NCBI GenBank assembly: GCA_002269645.1
Contig: NIVC01000352.1
Coordinates: 62,001 to 126,000 of the forward strand
Direction: 5' to 3'
Origin: Macrostomum lignano
Lineage: Eukaryota
Length of the DNA stretch: 64,000 nucleotides
The notes beneath the pieces were generated by a model that saw only the letters and a list, made by a program, of their open reading frames with translations, was not told the DNA's origin and searched no databases. A program made the position numbers and the translations under genes. This document shows, piece by piece, positions 37,317 through 49,600 of the stretch (positions are counted from its first letter, which is position 1; every line of letters starts with the position of its first letter).

Positions 37317-37749
37317 CACAAATACGAGAATAACCAGATGGGCCACTCAGCACATTTGCATGCAACTACTTTCAGTTCAGTAGTTAGTTAAACTTAAGCA
37401 TTTTTAAAGCCAAGGCTCATTTTATTGGCTCTTACCCTCTAGCTAAACCCTCCAACCGCGCCTTTCCACACTACCCCCCGCCCCACCCCAATTTTTATTG
37501 CCTTTCTCTGAATTCCAGTTTAAAGCTGCCATGTACATTTCAGTGGACTGGCTAATGTACATTATTGCTGAACCAATTAGCAAGCTGTTTACGCCTGCAA
37601 GCTTGGGCTTCTAAACTTATCAAAGTCGTTTCAGCTGGCTTTTTTTATAAAATAGCTTATGTATTCTTCTTTGCTACTGAACTGAAAGTAGAAACCTGTT
37701 TTACTAAGTGTATGCCTGAGTGGCCTATCTAGTTATTCTAGTATCTGTA
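37317..37749 (+). mobile_element. MITE family A copy 4
   Basis: cacaaatacgagaataaccagatgggccactcag ... ctgagtggcctatctagttattctagtatctgta. Confidence 0.88.
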
Positions 37750-37994
37750 CCAGAGACAAAAAGCTCCCAGCTAATTAAAACCCTGACAAAACCCTGTATG
37801 TCTGACAATAAGAAAGGCAGGCCGTTGTACACCCTGTGTGACCGTGTGCGTATCTGAGTTTTTGAGGATCAGCCTTGGGCGGAAAATAGCCTATCAGTAC
37901 TATGTAAATGACAATTTCCCATAAATTTGATCAATTTATGCATTGCACATCCTTAAATATCTACTCTCTCGCGTAGAAAAGTAGTGTATAAAGC

Positions 37995-38563
37995 ATGTCG
38001 ACTGCAGAATTTGCTCCAGGCCGCGGTCAGGCCGTGAATGGGCCGCACGGGCCCGGCTGCTGTGCCGACTATCTGGACGGCATGCTGGCCACGGACCCTG
38101 TCAGCCGGTACTACACCCGCTACGAGACCGCCGATGGTCACGTGACAGTGCTGGTCCACTCCAACCGGCTGCTGGTGCTCTGCCTGGGACTGAAGCACCC
38201 GGTTGTGACGGCCGGGCCAGCAGGCCTAACAGCAGTCGATTTTGGCCAGCGCGCCGATTCTCGGTCAGCGGTAAACGGAAACGTGGCGGCCAGTTTCTGC
38301 GGCAGGGCGGGCAGGTGTGCGAGCTCCGGTTGTCCGGCTCGGCGCATCAGCCAGTCCGCTGTCCGGTTAGCGGCAAACTGATCGAAGTCAATCCGCGATT
38401 GGCTGCTGAGCCTAGCCTGGCTGTGACTGAGCCAGTCGGCCAGGGCTACCTATGCATCCTGGCGCCTTCGCTGTCCGATTGGCCTAAACTACTGGAGCCG
38501 CTGGTTCGCTGCTCGCCAGCTGCAGCAGAGCAATCAGTGACAGCTGAAGTCGTGGACAGCTGA
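37995..38563 (+). CDS. ABITRAM: Actin-binding transcription modulator (Simiate/FAM206A; GCS-H-like fold), single exon with an apparent 1-nt frameshift near 38260
   Basis: Frame 1 SRYYTRY...VLVHSNRLLVLCL; frame 2 VSGKRKRGGQFL...VRCPVSGKLIEVNPRL...GQGYLCILAP; total 569 nt = 3n+2. Confidence 0.85.
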
Positions 38564-38749
38564 AGCAGAAGGGCGCTGCACTCGCAAATCCTGCGGTTTT
38601 CGCTGCGAAATGCACTTGCGAGATAGGAGTTTTCAGTTTTTTCAGCCTGGCCTAACTGAATTCCCAATATCTCACCGAACTTCCGAATGGCAAATGAAGT
38701 GCTCATGCATGTTGTAGAGAAGAAGGCGCAGTAAAAAAATTCTGGTTGG

Positions 38750-39195
38750 ATTACTAGAATAACCAGACGGGCCACTCAGCACATTTGCGTGCAAACTACT
38801 TTCAGTTCAGTAGTAAGTTAAACAGAAGCATTTTAATGTATTTTTTAAGCCAGGGCTTATTTTATTGGCTCTTACCAATACCCCCCCCCCCCACTTAAAC
38901 CCTCCAACCGCGCCTTTCCACACTACGCCCCGCCCCATCCCAATTTTTGCCTTTCTCTGAATTCCAGCCTAAAAGCTGCCATGTACATTTCAGTGGACTG
39001 GCTAATGTACGTTGTTGCTGAACCAATTACGAGCTGTTTACGCCTGCAAGCTTGGGCTTCTAAACTTATCAAAGTCGTTTCAGCTGTCTTTATTTTTATA
39101 CGAGCTAAAATAGCTTACGTATTCTTCTTTGCTACCGAACTGAAAGTAGAAAGCTGTTTTAATAAGTAGCTAATCTAGTTATTTTAGTATCTGTG
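38750..39195 (+). mobile_element. MITE family A copy 5, candidate 6-bp TSD GGTTGG
   Basis: tactagaataaccagacgggccactcag ... tctagttattttagtatctgtg; GGTTGG at 38744-38749 and 39196-39201. Confidence 0.85.
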
Positions 39196-39376
39196 GGTTG
39201 GATATGTTCGTTCTACTGTTAAATAAATATATAAATATATATTTACTGTAGTCTGTATATAACTTAATAGTCTTATAACAACTAATCATTGAGAACAAGC
39301 AATCAACACAATATTATTTAAAACAACACGAAAATCGGTGCGCATATTGGAGCAATTCAACTTCTTCATCAGCATA

Positions 39377-40711
39377 TTATTCGTCAGTTAGCAGCATTTC
39401 AACCACTTTACATTCGTCAGCTGTCATCGTGCGCAGCAGCGAGATGCTCGGGCTCAGCAGCACTTTGCTGATGTAAGCCACCTGCACAGCCAATAGGAAC
39501 AGCAGCACTAGGCCCAGCACGCCAATAACTGACAGGCAGGAGGCGATTGACAGGCAGAACACTAGACTAGTGTAGCTGACCTTGGCGGATACGTCAAAGC
39601 TATGCTTGTCGTATTCAAACGCGTACCATTCGTCCACAATGCGTAGCGTGTCGCCTAGGATGGCCAGCGCTAGGAATAGCGCTCCTAGGCAGGCGCACTT
39701 CGGCACCGAGTTGCTCTTTGGTCGCTCTGTCTTGGCTGGCTTTCTGTTGCAGGAAATGATTGAATATTGACCAGTTGCATAGTCAGAATCAATCAATCGA
39801 TATCAAAAATTCACCAGGTTACAAGCATCGCACTCTCAGACACTCACCAGTGCTGACATGCACTCTCAGACACTCACCAGTGCTGGCATGGCACTGTCAG
39901 ACACTCACCAGTGCTGGCATGGCACTGTCAGACACTCACCAGTGCTGGCATGGCACTGTCAGACACTCACCAGTGCTGGCATGACACTGTCAGACACTCA
40001 CCAGTGCTGGCATGACACTGTCAGACACTCACCAGTGCTGGCATGGCACCATCAGACACTCACCAGTGCTGGTATGGCACCGTCAGACACTCACCAGTGC
40101 TGACATGGCACTGTCAGACACTCACCAGTGCTGACATGGCACTGTCAGATACTCACCAGTGCTGGTATGGCACCGTCAGGCTCTCACCAGTGCTGACATG
40201 GCACTGTCAGACTCTCACCAGTGCTGACATGGCACTGTCAGACTCTCACCAGTGCTGACATGGCACTGTCAGACACTCACCAGTGCTGGCATGGCACCAT
40301 CAGACACTCACCAGTGCTGGCATGGCACCATCAGACACTCACCAGTGCTGGCATGGCACCATCAGACACTCACCAGCACCATCAGACACTCACCAGCACT
40401 ATCAGACATTCCCCATTTCCGTCTCACTCATTGGTTTGGCCCTGTTGGGCTTCGCCGACCGCTTCGGACCGAGTGCCGCAGTTCTCGGCCAGGTCCTTCC
40501 CCTGGCTGCTGTCGGCTGTGGCAGTCGTGTGGCGCATCAGATTGGAAATCCGTCTGCGGCTGTGCGCCTTTCTGGCCGGCTTCGCTTCGGAGGCGGCGTC
40601 GCCGGGTGCCAGCGACTTCAACGGGCCAACGCTGGCCAGGGTGAGTCGCTCTTCGGTGAAGCTCTCGGTTGAGCTCTCCGTTGAACTGTGGGTTTCATCT
40701 AGTGGGTTCAT
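39377..40711 (-). CDS. Uncharacterised multi-pass membrane protein, 2 exons, about 216 aa
   Basis: Exons 40428-40711 and 39377-39743 join in phase 2 (GTGAGA donor, caacAG acceptor); hydrophilic N-half, 2-3 hydrophobic helices; no family recognised. Confidence 0.55.
39835..40408. repeat. 31-bp minisatellite (CAGACACTCACCAGTGCTGGCATGGCACTGT) in the intron of the membrane-protein gene
   Basis: Tandem units. Confidence 0.95.
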
Positions 40712-43700
40712 TCCAGCGGACTAATGGGTCTCTTCTAATAACTGCCGGGCGTTCACAACAAACAATGTGATTTCGAGTATTGTATACAAGTACCTAGGCT
40801 TTAAGGGCGGTAATGAGAAATCAAGAGGGCTCCGTAGCCTTTATTATCCGCCTTCAAAGCCTAGCTAGGTGCCATAGACTAAGCGACAGCTGTTTATATT
40901 TGCTTTAATTCTATTCGAGCCAAGGAGTTATATAATTAGCATCCTGGAGTGAAAACATACTGGATCTATAATGCCATTAGAAAATCATGCAAGGCTTTGA
41001 GCAAAAATTCAATCTGCGTCCCTCTGTATACATTTAGGTCAATTCATAAGATTCACCTGAATCTAAATCTAATTAAATGATACAATACGTTGATACGTTC
41101 TGTTTTGCAGTGTATATACAAGACTCGTTCCGTACTAAGAAAACAAGATGTGAAGAACAATAGCAGACAGCCAAAGAAACAGAAAATATTTACACACACG
41201 GAAATTCAGAGGCAGCACTAAATTCTGTTGACAAAAACAATAGACATATTTAACTAATAGCTGTCAGTTCTACTCGTACTTTTAGTAAGAAATTATAAAC
41301 TTTAAACGACTCTAACTGTATTGGAGGAGCTTTTATTCGCGCTCGGCGATAATCTTTAGAAGTCCGTAACGCGGTGATTTTCATCAATCGCTGCCTCGCA
41401 GCAGACAAGTAGAAATTGCAGCTCAAACCGTTGCTGCAACAAGAGTCTCGATTCTAATGCAACCATGAGAGCGACGTTGGAAGTGAGTCCTGACTCCTGA
41501 AAGTCTGCTCGAACATTCGGCACAGACGACGACACAGCTCTTCTGACGGATATGATCACAAAGGCCACCCTTCGATGACCAGCAGGGCTGCCCGACATGT
41601 CTGACAACTCGGTCGGTCGGGCAACTACAGCTGACGAGCGATGCAGTGCAGTAATTTAGTGCCATTCTCCGATGTCAATCTGTCGAGATACTAGCTGCCT
41701 CGCGAAATGCCAAGTAGTCAACTAAGGAAGATCGGCTTTGCGCGCTTCTCCAAATAGAACCGCACCTGCAGCAGCCCTTCTGTTTAGAAGATCTGATGAA
41801 AGCAGATGAAGAGTGCTTCTATGTAAATCTATAACAACTAGAGTCCCAGCAGGTCCAGGTGCTCACCTCGAATTGAAAATATCGGAATAGTGTGCATGTC
41901 CACGACACGAATAGACTCAGAAGTTGCATCAGCAACTGGCCGCTCTAGCGATCTGAGAAATTCTATTGCATTAACTATTGACAAGCTAATTAAGTCTCTG
42001 CTGCTATAGCTAACACGCATTTTGTGCCGCTTCCGTTGGTGAACATGTGCATGCTTGTCGGTAATTAGTCAATTCGCAATGCGTAGCGACTCAGATTCCT
42101 GCACAGCATGCAGATGTTCTATGTACATGTACATGTATCGCCATTCAATTCGCTGTGTCGACTTTCACAAGCACGCCGTAACAACTCAGGCAGTTGCGCA
42201 CAAGCTTGACAAGATGGCAAGAGCAGAATCCCCCACTGTCCTTAAAAAAGGAAAGGGCAAGCACGAGGGCAAACCTCGGCGGGAAAACTTCCCGCAGGCA
42301 ATTCTCATCTATCCTCAACTAAGCTGACATGCCCTTAGCTGTCAGAATTGCAGGCATTTAATGCACTTATGCACTAGGTTCCAGCTGTTTCGCAATATGT
42401 ATTGACTACCAATGCCGAACACGAGTATGATGCACACTGGCATGTTGAGCCCCGGCTACTCCCGACAGTTGGCGAGCCAGATTGGAGGGATAGTCAGCCC
42501 TCTCCCTCTCCCCTACCTCTAGCTCCCCTTGCCCGATCTCCCCTAACAATTCCCTTCCCTCCTAATCTTTCTCCCCTTCCCTGTCTCATCTACATGTGAG
42601 CATTAGAGGGAGATGTAGCTAAAGTTGAAAATAGACCACGCAATACGAGCGTATATTGGTAAAATTGTCTAAAAGCAAATTAATGTTTTATACAAAAAAT
42701 ACAAGATTAGCTGAAAACTGTTTTAGTTGATATTAACATTTTCGACCCGGCCTTTGCTAGCCAAAATGTAATCGTCGATGGTAATCGTGTAATTTCAGGC
42801 CGCCCAATAGTAGTCCGATGGTACAATATCAAGATCGATGATGCCATAGACTGACTGAAGGTCGTAACATCGAGTGAACAATGTCCAAAGTATTTACACT
42901 AGTATGTATACACTTCGAGAGTACATGATACACGCACCGTGCATAATTGCAGTGTTTTTAAATACATGCAATGAATACATTTCACCGTGCATGAATTCTT
43001 CTGCACAAACAGACACTTTTACATAAATTTTCCTTCTTTTGTACATGTATATCCGCAGTCGAATATGGAGTTGATGGCTAGTTGATAGGTACAAAATGAC
43101 CCTAACCTTTCGTTTCGATTTTTTTCACTCAAATATAATTTTCGCTCGATCAAATGCATTTCTTTATTAATTGAATGTCTATTAATCCGTAAATCCAGCT
43201 TGTTAAAAGCAACAATTAACTGGCTATTCTCCTGTCTGAAGTGGACAAGGCACTCTCATAATGCATCTGTCTGTTTTTTTTCACTTTCACTGGCCCATTT
43301 AGTGAAAGCAGGCAATTAGCGCAGTAGCCATAAGTGGGCAAATCGGCCCTCACGGGGGGTGGGGCGGAGCCGACTGCATGCCTTTGAAAGTTTCTCAGTT
43401 ACCCAGTGTTATCGCCCCCAGCTCCCTCGCCATGCAGAACTTGTGCAAACAAACAACTCAAAAAGCTATACTAAACCCTGCGTAATGCAGTCTGCAGCAT
43501 AAATACATATGTGGCAGAATTGCGTTGCCATTGCCATACTTAAACTACTTATACATGCATAGCCGTGCAGTACACGATGTTTCCGCGTCTTCAAAATATT
43601 GGATGAGCGCGTGGGAACACACACGCGGACTCGAACAGCCGCTCCGCCCCTCCCGCCGCCGACAGCGAAAGTTTTCAATGTTTTCTCTAGCAGCTTGCAT

Positions 43701-44834
43701 TGTAGACTACAGGATTGGTGGCGTGAGAACTCGCTGTTGAAATAATTCTGATGATGGGGGTTGGAGTCTACATAGACGCGAGTTTAGCAAAGGCGAGTGC
43801 ATGAGAGCACGCTAAAAGGTCGTAGCGTCATATATTGGGTAAACCATTATCAAAAACATTTACCTTAATGGTTTAGGAGGCCGAAACGCGTCAAGTTAGT
43901 GGGAAGAGCATGAAAAGCTCAGTGCTAAAACGCGTCCCACGGTCCCGCCACGAATTTAGTGTGCGGCCACTCAGTTAGGGCGGATTGTGTACTATGTTTT
44001 CTTGGAAAATTTTAGGAGGCAGGTTTTTTATACGGAGGTAGGAGCTGTGTTCATTTGTACAGCACAAAAATTGTTATTGCTTTTGATAGAAGGGAATCCC
44101 AGTGTTAATCGTTTGATATATCTTGCCTTTCTTATATAGCTCTATTGATATTTATAAAGCTTTTTGTTTGGAAATTAAAATTAGGATTCTGGATGTTAAT
44201 TTTATATCGTCTCATTGGTTTTAGGAATTTATGAGTGCGTGCCGGCCTACTGCGCTTATTAAAGCCTTAATTTTGTAGCGAAATCTAGCCTTCGGTGCCA
44301 CTGGAGGTTTCCTGTTGCTACTAATGGCAATTGCGCAAGCAACGCAATTCTGATGCGCGTGTCAATTTAAATATTGTTTGCTCTCTGGAAATTTGTCAGG
44401 ATTCTGCGTTTGCCTGGCACAAATAAACGAGACTCGTAATGCTGGCATAGCCGGATTAACAAGTTAATTGTTAATTAATCTCATTAGTTAATAACAACTG
44501 TTATAATTAATATGTTTATTGCATATCAAAGTTGAAGATGTATAAATGAGGAAGCACACACACACGATAGTAAAAAAAACTTAAAATGTAGAGTTGGAGA
44601 ACGAGAGCCTGCGCACTCAACTCTAACAAAGTACAAGCCGTAAAAATGTTTAAATACGAGCTCAAGTGGACAGTTGCTAAGAAAAAGAAGACAATTAGAG
44701 CTGGTAAATAAATAAATATCAAGTGAAGCTTGTGAATTGTTGATAGCAAATTTAACGAATATTTCTTATCAAAACGGTTGCGATAGATATGCACCTGTGT
44801 AAGCCTCATTTTCGAATAATTCCTTTCCTTCTCA

Positions 44835-45965
44835 TCAGAACTTGATTGACACGTCTTTCTGGCGTTGCGTTTCTGCCGACTCCACTGCAGCCGGTAGTCC
44901 GTGGTTCGAGCCCCCCTCCCGTTCGGAAGCCTCGCCGTCGAGCAGGCCGGTCCTGGCCAGCTCCAGGGCGGAGCAGCGGGGAAAGCCGGGCACCGTCACC
45001 GTGTCGTGGAAGCCCTCGTAGTCGATGACGCATTCGCCTGTGTCCGTTGGCAAGATGCTGAGGTCCTCGAAGCGGTGTCCCCAGCGGATCTCCGTTGGCA
45101 GGTAGCTGGTCCGGGCCTCCGTGGTGGCGCCCGTCGAGATCACGACGCCGTTCATGAAGACCAGCAGCTCAAAGTCGGCCGCGTAGAGGTCCTTGGCGGA
45201 CATGTTCCAAAATGGCGAGCCGCTGTCGATTCTGTGCTGGACAACTACCGGCCAGCCGAGGAAGAGGCGGGCATCGCCGCCGTCCAGGCCCATGTTGATG
45301 ACCTGCTGCTCCAGTAAGAGCGTCTCGCCTTCAGCGGTGAGTCGCCGCTTCACCAGGACGCCGCGCACGCTGCAGTCGATGAGGTGAGAATGGCGAGCGT
45401 CGCCAACGCGGCAGAGCAGCACGAGATGCCCGTCGCGGCTGCAGATTGCCGCATTTTTGCTGAACAGCAGCGTGCCTGTCCGGTTCTTCGACTTCGTCAG
45501 CTTGGCCAGCACCGCGCCAGTCATCAGCGTCGTGATGATGAGGTTGCTGTAGGACTGCAGCGTCACCAGCAGCACCGCAATCGGGCACTTGTCCGACGGC
45601 GACCGCGACCCGTAGCCGATGGTGATCTGCGTCTCCATGGAGAACAGCAGCGTGGCCAGGAAGGAGTTCACGTTGAGTAGGCAGGGCTCGAACCCCAGCG
45701 GCGGGGTGGTCAGGTAGTCTCCATGGCCGTAGCTGAGCGCCCACCAGAAGAAGGTGAAGAGCAGCCAGCAGCTGAAGAAGGCGGAGAAGAACACGGCTAG
45801 GCAGTAGCGCCACTTCATGTCCACCAGGGTGGTGAAGATGTCGCCAAAGTAGCGGCGCTTCCGCTTCCGCACGTTGCTATGGACGACGTTGCACTTGCCG
45901 TTCTTCATCACCAGCCTGTCGTAGCCTCGCATGCGCATGATGGCGAACTGCGACTCGCGGCGCAT
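44835..45965 (-). CDS. Inward-rectifier potassium channel (Kir), single exon
   Basis: RLVMKNGKCNV, DIFTTLVDMKWR, FSMETQITIGYGSR pore, conserved extracellular Cys pair, ARTSYLPTEIRWGHRF. Confidence 0.95.
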   Translation of the reverse strand: MRRESQFAIMRMRGYDRLVMKNGKCNVVHSNVRKRKRRYFGDIFTTLVDMKWRYCLAVFFSAFFSCWLLFTFFWWALSYGHGDYLTTPPLGFEPCLLNVNSFLATLLFSMETQITIGYGSRSPSDKCPIAVLLVTLQSYSNLIITTLMTGAVLAKLTKSKNRTGTLLFSKNAAICSRDGHLVLLCRVGDARHSHLIDCSVRGVLVKRRLTAEGETLLLEQQVINMGLDGGDARLFLGWPVVVQHRIDSGSPFWNMSAKDLYAADFELLVFMNGVVISTGATTEARTSYLPTEIRWGHRFEDLSILPTDTGECVIDYEGFHDTVTVPGFPRCSALELARTGLLDGEASEREGGSNHGLPAAVESAETQRQKDVSIKF

Positions 45966-46680
45966 GATGGCGGACTGGCCAAGACTGCCAATTGATTGAT
46001 GGATGCTGAATTGAGGGGTCCGAGGACAGGTCGCTTGGAGGCTGGGGCTCGCATTATTGTCACCATTAAGTAACCGAGGGAGCGGAAAAACCAGTTTTTC
46101 TAAGGAACGAACTGGCTTGAAGCGGTTGGCTGATAGTTACTGTGTTCCTTTCTCTTTCTCTCTCTCTCTCTCTCATTGAGCTGCTTTAGTTTGAGTAGTT
46201 TCCATTAGTAGCGACATTCAATGTCAGTTCCATCGAAGCGGCGATTAGTTAGATATTTTATACGGTGCCCCCACGTAAAGCTGGCCTCGAATTGAACAGA
46301 TCGAGTTGAAACTCTATTGTATAATATGTTGCTTAGATTTATAAAAAAAGATATTTGATAAATGCAATACATTTCGGCTTAAAAATTGCATGCCAAAAAG
46401 CAACTATTATAAAAAACTGTTCAAAAGTTACTTAAAAGATTGAAGACAAGCAGTTAACAAATGCGCGAGATGCTACTATACCCCAGCAGTAACGTGTAAC
46501 AAATGGGTAATGAGGAAAGCACGACGGGAGCTCCTCGCTAAGAAAGCTAAAAATAGCAATAAGAATGCAGCCAATAACAGCTGGGCTCAGGAGAATCCGC
46601 GCTAACCAAACTGTGCAATAAAAAAGAGCAACCAGAGAATATCAACTGATCATGGATAAGACAGCTTAGAGAGATTAGCG

Positions 46681-49600
46681 ATGCCAAGACCAATAGCAGT
46701 CTCGGCAACAACACCAGAAATCCTGCCGTCGTCGGTTCATTCGCTAGCGTTGGCCATCTCGTTGCCGACGCTGGGCCTGGTGGCGCTGTGCGCTCTGGCC
46801 TGCGTCTGCTGCTGGCGGAGGAAGCGCAAGACCCGAGCTCGCCTGTTTGACCGGCTGGGCGAGGAGGCCAAGAGTGCAAGAACGACGGTCAGGTGACTTT
46901 TGCTGGTGGAGTGGATAAACTGATACAGGGACATTGCTGCTGGTTTGATTAACGGTACCTAAAACAAGGTGGAAGGCTCTACTGAAGGAGGACACTTAAG
47001 CGTTTACAGATATATGGATAGATAGACAGATAGATAGACAGACAGATAGATAGACCGATAGATAGACCGCTAATCCAGACCGAACCCTCAAACCGCAATG
47101 CAGGAAACTGACTCATAAGGCAAACCGAGCGGGCAGGCGGCTGGCCGCACCGAAGGCAGCGTCAGCTCCGAAGCTGATGCGGATGGTCTCAACAGTGCTG
47201 CAGCAGCTGCCGTCTGAGCAGCGCAGGCAGAAGTCTAAGCAGCATCGATCAGCGCGGAGGTCTTCATACATGTGCTGGCAGGATGCGGAGCGGAGGAAGG
47301 ATGAGCAGAAAGCGCCAGAGCAGCTGCCACATACAGACAGCTGGGTGAAGCGATCTGCGACGAGCGATGCTATTGAAGGCAAGAATGCAAGGCTGCAGTG
47401 TAAAGTATAGCTAGCTGCAGTCTGCTGCAGGACTTGGATTCACAAAAATACTTAAAATCATCTGATTCCGATAGACCGAAAAATTCGACTTAAATAAGGA
47501 TCCGACCACGCTTTGAAAAGGAAACGAATTATATTAGACTCCAATGACTGTTAGACAAGTATTTGCTCAAGACTACAAAGCCAGCTAAAAATAGATTTAC
47601 CAGTAATGAATAAGATAGGGTTGAGACTACAATGAATAGAGCGTGCCAGGCTATACCTCAGGCGCAGAGAGCAGAGAGCTAGGGCGCAGAGAGCTAGGCG
47701 GAGGGTTTACAACTGGCCAAATCCAAGATGTGCTCACTTTTCCCGGATTTATATCCCTCAAATGCTGCATCATCTCAGGTTTTTTGCTTCTCAAACTTGC
47801 CAGCAAGGTACGCTTGTCAGCGTAGACCACTGTAGTTTGGGTTGGTCAAGATTTCTCTCTCAGAGACTTTCCCAGTCATTGGGGTGTGTTTCCAGACTCT
47901 CCCAGTCATTGGGGTGTGTTTCCAGACTCTCCCAGTCATTGGGGTGTGTTTCCAGACTCTCCCAGTCATTGGGGTGTGTTTCCAGACTCTCCCAGTCATT
48001 GGAGTGTGTTTCCAGACTCTCCCAGTCATTGGAGTGTGTTTCCAGACTCTCCCAGTCATTGGAGTGTGTTTCCAGACTCTCCCAGTCATTGGGGTGTGTT
48101 TCCAGACTCTCCCAGTCATTGGAGTGTGTTTCCAGACTCTCCCAGTCATTGGGGTGTGTTTCCAGACTCTCCCTGCATTCATTGGTGTAGTTCCAGACTC
48201 TCCCTGCATTCATTGGTGTAGTTCCAGACTCTCCCTGCATTCATTGGTGTAGTTCCAGACTCTCCCTGCATTCATTGGTGTAGTGCCAGACTCTCCCTGC
48301 ATTCATTGGTGTAGTTCCAGACTCTCCCTGCATTCATTGGTGTAGTTCCAGACTCTCCATGCATTCATTGGTGTAGTTCCAGACTCTCCCTGCATTCATT
48401 GGTGTAGTTCCAGACTCTCCCTGCATTCATTGGTGTAGTTCCAGACTCTCCCTGCATTCATTGGTGTAGTGCCAGACTCTCCCTGCATTCATTGGTGTAG
48501 TTCCATACTCTCCCTGCATTCATTGGTGTAGTTCCAGACTCTCCCTGCATTCATTGGTGTAGTTCCAGACTCTCCCTGCATTCATTGGTGTAGTTCCAAA
48601 CTCTCCCTGCATTCATTGGTGTAGTGCCAGGCTCTCCCTGCATTCATTGGTGTAGTTCCAGACTCTCCCTGCATTCATTGGTGTAGTTCCAGACTCTCCC
48701 AGTCATTGGTGTATTACCAGACTCTTCCAGTCATTGGGGTGTTGCCAAACTTTCCCAGTCATTGGTGTATTACCAGACTCTTCCAGTCATTGGGTTGTGT
48801 TTCCAGACTCTCCCAGTCATTGGGGTGTATTACCAGACTCTCCCAGTCATTGGGGTGTGTTTCCAGACTCTCCCAGTCATAGGGGTGTATTACCAGACTC
48901 TCCCAGTCATTGGGGTGTGTTTCCAGACTCTCCCAGTCATTGGTGTATTACCAGACTCTCCCAGTCATTGGGTTGTGTTTCCAGACTCTCCCAGTCATTG
49001 GGTTGTTGCCACTCACTCCCCATCCCAGTCATAGTGATATGACCGTCCGCCCCTACTCTTTGCTCCCTTCCCACAGGCACGGATGCGGGCCTAGGCCAAA
49101 TCCAGCTGGGCATACGGTACGACAGACGGCACCGGTTCCTGACTGTGGCGCTGCTGCAAGCGGCAAATCTGCAGCTGCCTCCAAACCAAAAGCCGCCGCA
49201 GCAGGTTCAAGCGCTGTTGCAGATCCTACCGCCGCAAGGTAGCCGCCACCAAGAGTTCAACGACACCTTCCAGACTCCGCCAGCTGAGTTCAATTCAGGT
49301 CAACCCAACTGGCGATACGCGTTCAAATTTGTGCAGTTCCCGGGCCTGCTAGCCAGCTGGCAGCTGCGGGTGGCGGTGCGGCTGGCAGCGGAAGATCAGG
49401 AAGACGGGACGCCGCGCTCACTTGTCCAGCAGCCGGCGCACCTCGGCGAGACTTGGCTCGATTTGGCAAAGTTTTCGCGACTGTCAGAGTCGTCATCAAC
49501 TTCAACGCAAAACTCGTCGTCATCTTCGGCGACGGCGCCCGTCGAATCGCCGGCAAAGTGCGCAGACGATGGAGAGAAGCAGCGGCGACGGCAGCGACGG

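Noticed and set aside
41350-42060. Short ORFs as a degraded LINE or Helitron remnant
   Set aside because: GC-richer and coding-like, but no convincing domain motif could be aligned by eye; a tBLASTx/HMM search would be needed.
47104-47410. Stand-alone gene in ORF 47177-47410
   Set aside because: No recognisable domain; at best an internal or alternative exon of the synaptotagmin-like gene.
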